NCBI GenBank assembly: GCA_038850285.1
Contig: JAWCMA010000002.1
Location: 1-11,861 of the forward strand
DNA length: 11,861 bases
From: Methanocellales archaeon
GTDB lineage: Archaea > Halobacteriota > JAWCLZ01
Reading direction: 5' to 3'
Shown piece by piece: positions 7,533 to 11,861 of the stretch. Within the stretch, counting starts at the first letter, position 1. Each line of letters opens with the position of its first letter. The position numbers were made by a program, and so were the translations under genes. The notes under the pieces were generated by a model, which saw only the letters and a list, made by a program, of their open reading frames with translations, had not been told where the DNA came from and did no database searches.

Positions 7533-7629
7533 GGCAATTTGCACCTTTTGGTAAATAGTTCCGCTACAAATTAAAGCTATCTACTTATATCTAAAAGGCA
7601 ATATTTGCTCTCGAATGCATCGAGGTGAT

Positions 7630-8787
7630 ATGCTTAATCCTCTGCTGGCTGCTTGCGCTGTGGTTTTCTGCACTCAACTTGGTACTTTCATGCGCATTCC
7701 AGTGATACCGCTATTTGCTGAGCAGCTTGGCGCTAGTATTGCCGATATTGGCTTTATTTCCTCAAGTTTTACGCTCATAGCTTGCTTTCTAGCAATACCC
7801 CTTGGCTTAAGTTCAGATCGCTTTGGAAGGAAGCGCTTGATTGTAAGCGGCGCGCTCATAAGCTCCGCGGTCTCTTTTTTACTATTCCTCACTAGCACGC
7901 CGGCTGAAATTATGTTAGTATATTCAATCGCGGGAATTGGCATCGCTTCATTCACTCCTTCAATAATTGCATTTATTGGGGATATCACGAGAACAGGATA
8001 CCTAGGTAGATCCTATGGGCTGTTCACTACCTTCATGCAGATTGGCATAGCAGCTGGACCGGCTCTCGGCGGATTTATAGCAAGTGGAGTTGGATATCGC
8101 AATTCCTTCCTCTTCTCTGGCTCGGTTATATTATTCGCAGCAATTGTAGGAGAAATATTATTACCCAGCCCGGAGGTTCGCTTCACAGCTATGAAGAAAG
8201 ATTTAAATAGGGATTTCGCTGAACTTCGCTCGAATCTTTCAATTGTCGCAGGCTGGCTTGGGATTTTCTGTTTATTTTTCGCTAATAGCGTTATTGCTTT
8301 TCTACCGATCTATGCAAATAAAATTGGCATAAGTATCCTTGCAATAGGCTTGATTCTCGCTTCTCAAGCAGCTGGAAATGGAATCGCTAGGCTGCCATTT
8401 GGTTGGCTGTCGGATAAAACTGGTAGAAGAGTGCCCTTCATATTGCTTGGTTTAACCACGACTTCGCTATCCGCGGCTCTACTTGCTTCCTATGCTGATC
8501 CATATATAATTCTAGTGCTCAGCTTTTCTCTCGGACTTGGAGTTGGTACAACTGCTATGGCAACCAGCGCCATGCTAGGCGAGCTAGTGTCCACGGGGAA
8601 TAGAGGTTTTGCCATGGGTGTTTACAGTACTTGCTTTTACGGAGGAATGGCCGCTGGTCCAGCCATCATTGGTTTGATCATAGCTAGGAGCGATTTCCCA
8701 ACTGGCTTTCAATCTGCTGCACTCGCCGGCTTAAGCGGCGCGGTAGGGGTATACATACTTTCGGCGCAAGCTCAGAGGAAAAATTGA
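7630..8787 (+). CDS. MFS transporter (DHA1-like, about 12 TM)
   Basis: Motif A in both halves (GLSSDRFGRKR, GWLSDKTGRR) and antiporter motif C (GPALGGFI). SD GAGGTG at 7622-7627 favours ATG 7630 over 7615. Confidence 0.93.
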   Translation: MLNPLLAACAVVFCTQLGTFMRIPVIPLFAEQLGASIADIGFISSSFTLIACFLAIPLGLSSDRFGRKRLIVSGALISSAVSFLLFLTSTPAEIMLVYSIAGIGIASFTPSIIAFIGDITRTGYLGRSYGLFTTFMQIGIAAGPALGGFIASGVGYRNSFLFSGSVILFAAIVGEILLPSPEVRFTAMKKDLNRDFAELRSNLSIVAGWLGIFCLFFANSVIAFLPIYANKIGISILAIGLILASQAAGNGIARLPFGWLSDKTGRRVPFILLGLTTTSLSAALLASYADPYIILVLSFSLGLGVGTTAMATSAMLGELVSTGNRGFAMGVYSTCFYGGMAAGPAIIGLIIARSDFPTGFQSAALAGLSGAVGVYILSAQAQRKN

Positions 8788-8825
8788 TAGCGATCAGAAA
8801 CCTATTTTAAGCTAGTGAAATTGAA

Positions 8826-9041
8826 ATGATGGAAGTCATAGATATCCTCATTGTCTTCGGTCTAATTCTCGCCGGGCTTGGGATATCTGCTGTTAAAACC
8901 GAGCTGCTATATCACTATGAAATGAGGAAAATGAAAACTTGGGCTTATCAGAAGAAGAAATACCTCCGCGAGCTTGCTAAGGAGAAGAAAGAGAAAGAAA
9001 AGCCGAAGGAAAAGGGGAGAATCGATAGCCCAAGGAAATAA
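8826..9041 (+). CDS. Small hypothetical single-pass membrane protein with a Lys/Glu-rich tail
   Basis: Fills the gap between same-strand genes. N-terminal TM (ILIVFGLILAGLGISAV), and a TATA-like TTTTAAG at about 8805. Confidence 0.65.
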   Translation: MMEVIDILIVFGLILAGLGISAVKTELLYHYEMRKMKTWAYQKKKYLRELAKEKKEKEKPKEKGRIDSPRK

Positions 9042-9071
9042 TTTTAAAAACGAGTTTCTAAGTATAAATTT

Positions 9072-9812
9072 ATGAGAGTTATTTTCCTCGGCACAGGCGT
9101 GGTTTATCCTGAGAGAAATAGAGCTCAATCCAGCATTCTTGTGAGAACCAAAACTCAAGATCTCCTTCTTGACTGCGGCGATGGAGCGCTCAGGCGCATT
9201 TATGAGAGTGGTAATTCAATCGAGGGCATAGATCATTTGCTATTTACCCATAACCACTTGGATCATAATGCTGATTTTCTATCCCTAGTTCGCGCTAGAC
9301 AGGAAGTTGGGAAAAATTATTTACATATCTATGGCCCAGTTGGAACCGAGCAATTGCTCAGCAATTTGCTCCAAGCATATGATTTGCAGGTTAATGCTCA
9401 AATTAGGGAGCTGGGAGATTCGGATCAAATTCAAATTGGAGAACTCACAGTAGTCAGCAAGGAGGCGGTGCATAGTATACCTGCACTTTGCTTTAAAATC
9501 CAAGCTGAAGGAAAAAATTTGATTTACTCCGGTGATACCGAGCCATGCGAAAGCTTGAAATCGCTATGCAGAGACCAAGTTGATCTCTTGATTCACGAAT
9601 GCTCCTTCCCAGATGGATTTGAAAAAACAGCTGGACATGCAACGCCTATGCAGCTTGGGAAGTTGATCTCAAATCTCCCCGTTAAACAACTTGCGATTAC
9701 CCATCTCTATCCCCAAGCTACTGCGAATCTACAGGGGATAATCGCGGGTATAGCAAAATATTACTCAGGTGAGATAATAGTGGCAGAGGATCTCCTAGAG
9801 GTGGAAATTTAA
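9072..9812 (+). CDS. MBL-fold metallo-hydrolase, RNase Z/ElaC-like, lacking the flexible arm
   Basis: FLGTG, LLDCG, THNHLDH, IYGP, HS, YSGDT, LIHECS, GH and THLYP motifs are all present. Confidence 0.92.
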   Translation: MRVIFLGTGVVYPERNRAQSSILVRTKTQDLLLDCGDGALRRIYESGNSIEGIDHLLFTHNHLDHNADFLSLVRARQEVGKNYLHIYGPVGTEQLLSNLLQAYDLQVNAQIRELGDSDQIQIGELTVVSKEAVHSIPALCFKIQAEGKNLIYSGDTEPCESLKSLCRDQVDLLIHECSFPDGFEKTAGHATPMQLGKLISNLPVKQLAITHLYPQATANLQGIIAGIAKYYSGEIIVAEDLLEVEI

Positions 9813-9828
9813 TATGCAGAATATGCAG
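9811..9828 (+). repeat. Exact 9-bp tandem duplication AATATGCAG x2
   Basis: 9811-9819 and 9820-9828 are identical. With the ATG at 9835 this gives three in-frame MQ starts. Confidence 0.8.
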
Positions 9829-10563
9829 TTTAAAATGCAAGCAGTTATTCTAGCCGCTGGAAGGGGAACTCGATTGCGGCCATTAACGGATTTTGTGGCT
9901 AAGCCGCTGCTACCAGTAGAGGGCAAGGCTGCGATTGTTAGGGTGATTGAAAACTTAAGAGCAGCTGGTATTGAGGAGTTCATAGTTATAACTGGCTATT
10001 TAGGCAAGCAGATCAAAAAATTTCTCTCCAAATGCTCGGTTTCAAGATTTGCAATTCGATATGTTGAGCAGCCGGAGTTAACTGGAGCGGCGAATGCATT
10101 GCTTTGCGCGAGAAAGCTGATTAAGGGAGATTTCTTAGTCACTGCAAGTGACTGCCTGCTACCAGTGGAGTTTCTCAAATCACTCATAGCTTTTCACTTT
10201 GCTGAAAAATGCGATGCAACCATTGCTTTGAAGCGCCTTGATCCCGAGCGAATAATGGAGTCAAGCACGGTTAAATTAGGCAGCGCTGATAGAATTCTGC
10301 AGATTATAGAGAAGCCAGCCCAGCACGAGATTTTAAGCGAACTTTCAGCTGCTCCAGTTTATATTTTCAAGCCAAGGGTATTTGAATTTCTATCTCAAGT
10401 TGAAAAATCCCCTCGGGGGGAGTATGAGGTTCAAGCTGCGATTCAAATGATGATTGAAGCTAGGCTATGTGTAAAGGGATTGATTGCAGAGCACTGGATT
10501 CATCTTTCAAATCTCAGGGATTTCCTCAGGCTAAATTTTGATTATATGAATGAGCTGCTTTAG
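9814..10563 (+). CDS. Sugar-phosphate nucleotidyltransferase (RmlA/GlmU N-terminal domain family, no LbH domain); alternative starts at 9823 and 9835
   Basis: AVILAAGRGTRLRPLT..KPLLPV, YVEQPELTGAANA, IIEKP, SPRGEYE. Confidence 0.92.
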   Translation: MQNMQFKMQAVILAAGRGTRLRPLTDFVAKPLLPVEGKAAIVRVIENLRAAGIEEFIVITGYLGKQIKKFLSKCSVSRFAIRYVEQPELTGAANALLCARKLIKGDFLVTASDCLLPVEFLKSLIAFHFAEKCDATIALKRLDPERIMESSTVKLGSADRILQIIEKPAQHEILSELSAAPVYIFKPRVFEFLSQVEKSPRGEYEVQAAIQMMIEARLCVKGLIAEHWIHLSNLRDFLRLNFDYMNELL

Positions 10564-10577
10564 ATAAATTCTCTGCT

Positions 10578-11465
10578 TTAGATAAGTTCTCTTAAATAGA
10601 TCTTGTGCTTTCCGAGCTTGCCCTCGTAGTTGCCAGCGGATATCTTCACCACTCCAGGGGTATTAATCCCAGCTTTTATGGCTTGCTTCATAGCTTGCTT
10701 GACTGCTTCCATTGTTATGCCATTTATCACTATCTCAGGGATTGATTTTACTCCCTTGGGAACTCTGGATTCAGATCCTAGTTTTGGCTTTAAAGTGGGG
10801 CAGTATGGATGATTTGTAGTTGGGCCTATCTCGGGATATTTTGTTTCTGGTTTAGAGCCAGCGCTGCAGATGTCAAAGGAGGTAATTGCACCCTCTATTT
10901 TTTCAATTGCTTTAACTGCTTTCTCCCCAGCTTTCAATGCCGCATTAATGCTGGTGCAGAAATACCAGATGTTGCCGCCCATGATTCCCTTTGCATATCC
11001 CAAGTAGCGCTCTATTTTAAAGTCATGGCCCATCATAATGGGCACATTTATAACCTTCCTCCCGAAGTATTCTTCTTCCCATTCATAGCCATCGCCGCAG
11101 TGGCCAACTTTATCCATGATATCAATTTTCTTCTCAGAATCAGTGGCATTAAAAACTGCTGTAGTGGGAACTACGAGTATTCCCTGCCTAATCCTCTTGC
11201 CCAGTTCAGCTTCCAGAGTTTTAAATGCGCTCTCTCCACCTAGTATCCAGATCTGAATTAAAGCACCTGCTCTTCCATCTGGCGTTTGCTTTCTAGTTAG
11301 CCATCTTTCAATTCCCCCCTCGCTCTGGCCGAGTACAGTTAGAGGCAAGGCGGTTGAGGAGAAGGCTGCTCGCTGGAGCAATTTTTTATTCCTAGCGGTT
11401 ATCAGCAGGCGGGAATATAAACCATCGAAGGCCTCGCAATAGGTATCCTCTATAATTACCGCCAT
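10578..11465 (-). CDS. ftr: Formylmethanofuran:tetrahydromethanopterin formyltransferase family protein, divergent (FtrII/EhaS-like) paralogue
   Basis: IEDTYCEAF, TPDGR.G, GDGYE, GGN, TNHPYCPTL, EIVING and GVVKISAGNYEGKLG match Ftr, but several segments differ from the canonical enzyme. Confidence 0.9.
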   Translation of the reverse strand: MAVIIEDTYCEAFDGLYSRLLITARNKKLLQRAAFSSTALPLTVLGQSEGGIERWLTRKQTPDGRAGALIQIWILGGESAFKTLEAELGKRIRQGILVVPTTAVFNATDSEKKIDIMDKVGHCGDGYEWEEEYFGRKVINVPIMMGHDFKIERYLGYAKGIMGGNIWYFCTSINAALKAGEKAVKAIEKIEGAITSFDICSAGSKPETKYPEIGPTTNHPYCPTLKPKLGSESRVPKGVKSIPEIVINGITMEAVKQAMKQAIKAGINTPGVVKISAGNYEGKLGKHKIYLRELI

Positions 11466-11475
11466 ATCAAATACC

Positions 11476-11861
11476 TTAATATCCTCTAGTTATCATATAG
11501 TTTGCCACTTCCGCAAGCAGTGTTTTCGCGTGACTCCGAGGTAGCCCCTCGAGCTTTTGCTTCCCCTTTTTAACCATGAGCTTTGCCTTTCTCATGGCAT
11601 ATGCAATTGAGCCTGCTTGTTCAAGTATTTCCACTGCTTTTTCTATCTCCCCTTGACTCGCTAATTTCGCGAGTAAATTGAGATCTATGCCTTTGGAATG
11701 CGCGTGTATTGCGACTAGTGTTTTTTTCTTCTCAATTAAATCGCTCCCACGTGGCTTTCCCAATATTTCCTGTGGGGCAATTAAATCCAGTACATCATCG
11801 CGGATTTGAAAGCCAATGCCAGTTACCAAGCCTATTTCATAAAGCGCATTCACCTGCATTT
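11476..11861 (-). CDS. idsA: Polyprenyl diphosphate synthase (probable GGPP synthase), C-terminal part; 5' end lies outside the window
   Basis: Second aspartate-rich motif GIGFQIRDDVLD and GKPRGSDLIEKKKT. Confidence 0.9.
   Translation of the reverse strand, partial: MQVNALYEIGLVTGIGFQIRDDVLDLIAPQEILGKPRGSDLIEKKKTLVAIHAHSKGIDLNLLAKLASQGEIEKAVEILEQAGSIAYAMRKAKLMVKKGKQKLEGLPRSHAKTLLAEVANYMITRGY

Noticed and set aside
7558-7571. GTTCCGCTACAAAT as an ORB/mini-ORB upstream of cdc6
   Set aside because: Single copy, mismatched at the core CA..GAAA positions, and no G-string.
6667-11243. Shadow ORFs (6667-6864, 6950-7180, 7217-7408, 7674-7988, 8907-9158, 9321-9503, 9795-9983, 9996-10187, 10630-10812, 10809-11243)
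   Set aside because: Antisense to confident CDSs, with no independent support.
1-11861. CRISPR array, IS element, integrase or defence system
   Set aside because: No repeat-spacer pattern, terminal inverted repeats or transposase/recombinase motifs were seen, and gene content is mostly housekeeping.

Overview
Gene-dense archaeal chromosomal window. The Sm2, Cdc6, aIF1, Ftr-like and tRNA sequences suggest a Halobacteriota/Methanomicrobia-related methanogen or alkane oxidiser (inference). From left to right: the 5' end of a probable RNase HI gene (truncated by the window); tRNA-Val(GAC); a decayed, internally deleted MBL-fold hydrolase pseudogene missed by the ORF track; a membrane-anchored OB-fold protein; aIF1/SUI1; a P2A-type Ca2+ ATPase; a minus-strand operon of Sm2, TFE-beta/RPC34-like (wHTH plus Fe-S) and a 60-aa 4xCxxC protein; a SAMP/MoaD ubiquitin-like protein; an amidohydrolase; Orc1/Cdc6; an MFS transporter; a small orphan membrane protein; an arm-less RNase Z-like hydrolase coupled to a nucleotidyltransferase; a divergent Ftr paralogue; and the 3' end of a GGPP synthase. 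I found no mobile element, CRISPR array or replication origin. The most interesting leads are the Sm2-TFE-beta-zinc-finger operon, the non-canonical Ftr paralogue behind the isoprenoid synthase, a probable GUG start for aIF1 and the hydrolase/nucleotidyltransferase pair. All family assignments come from motif recognition, not database searches.
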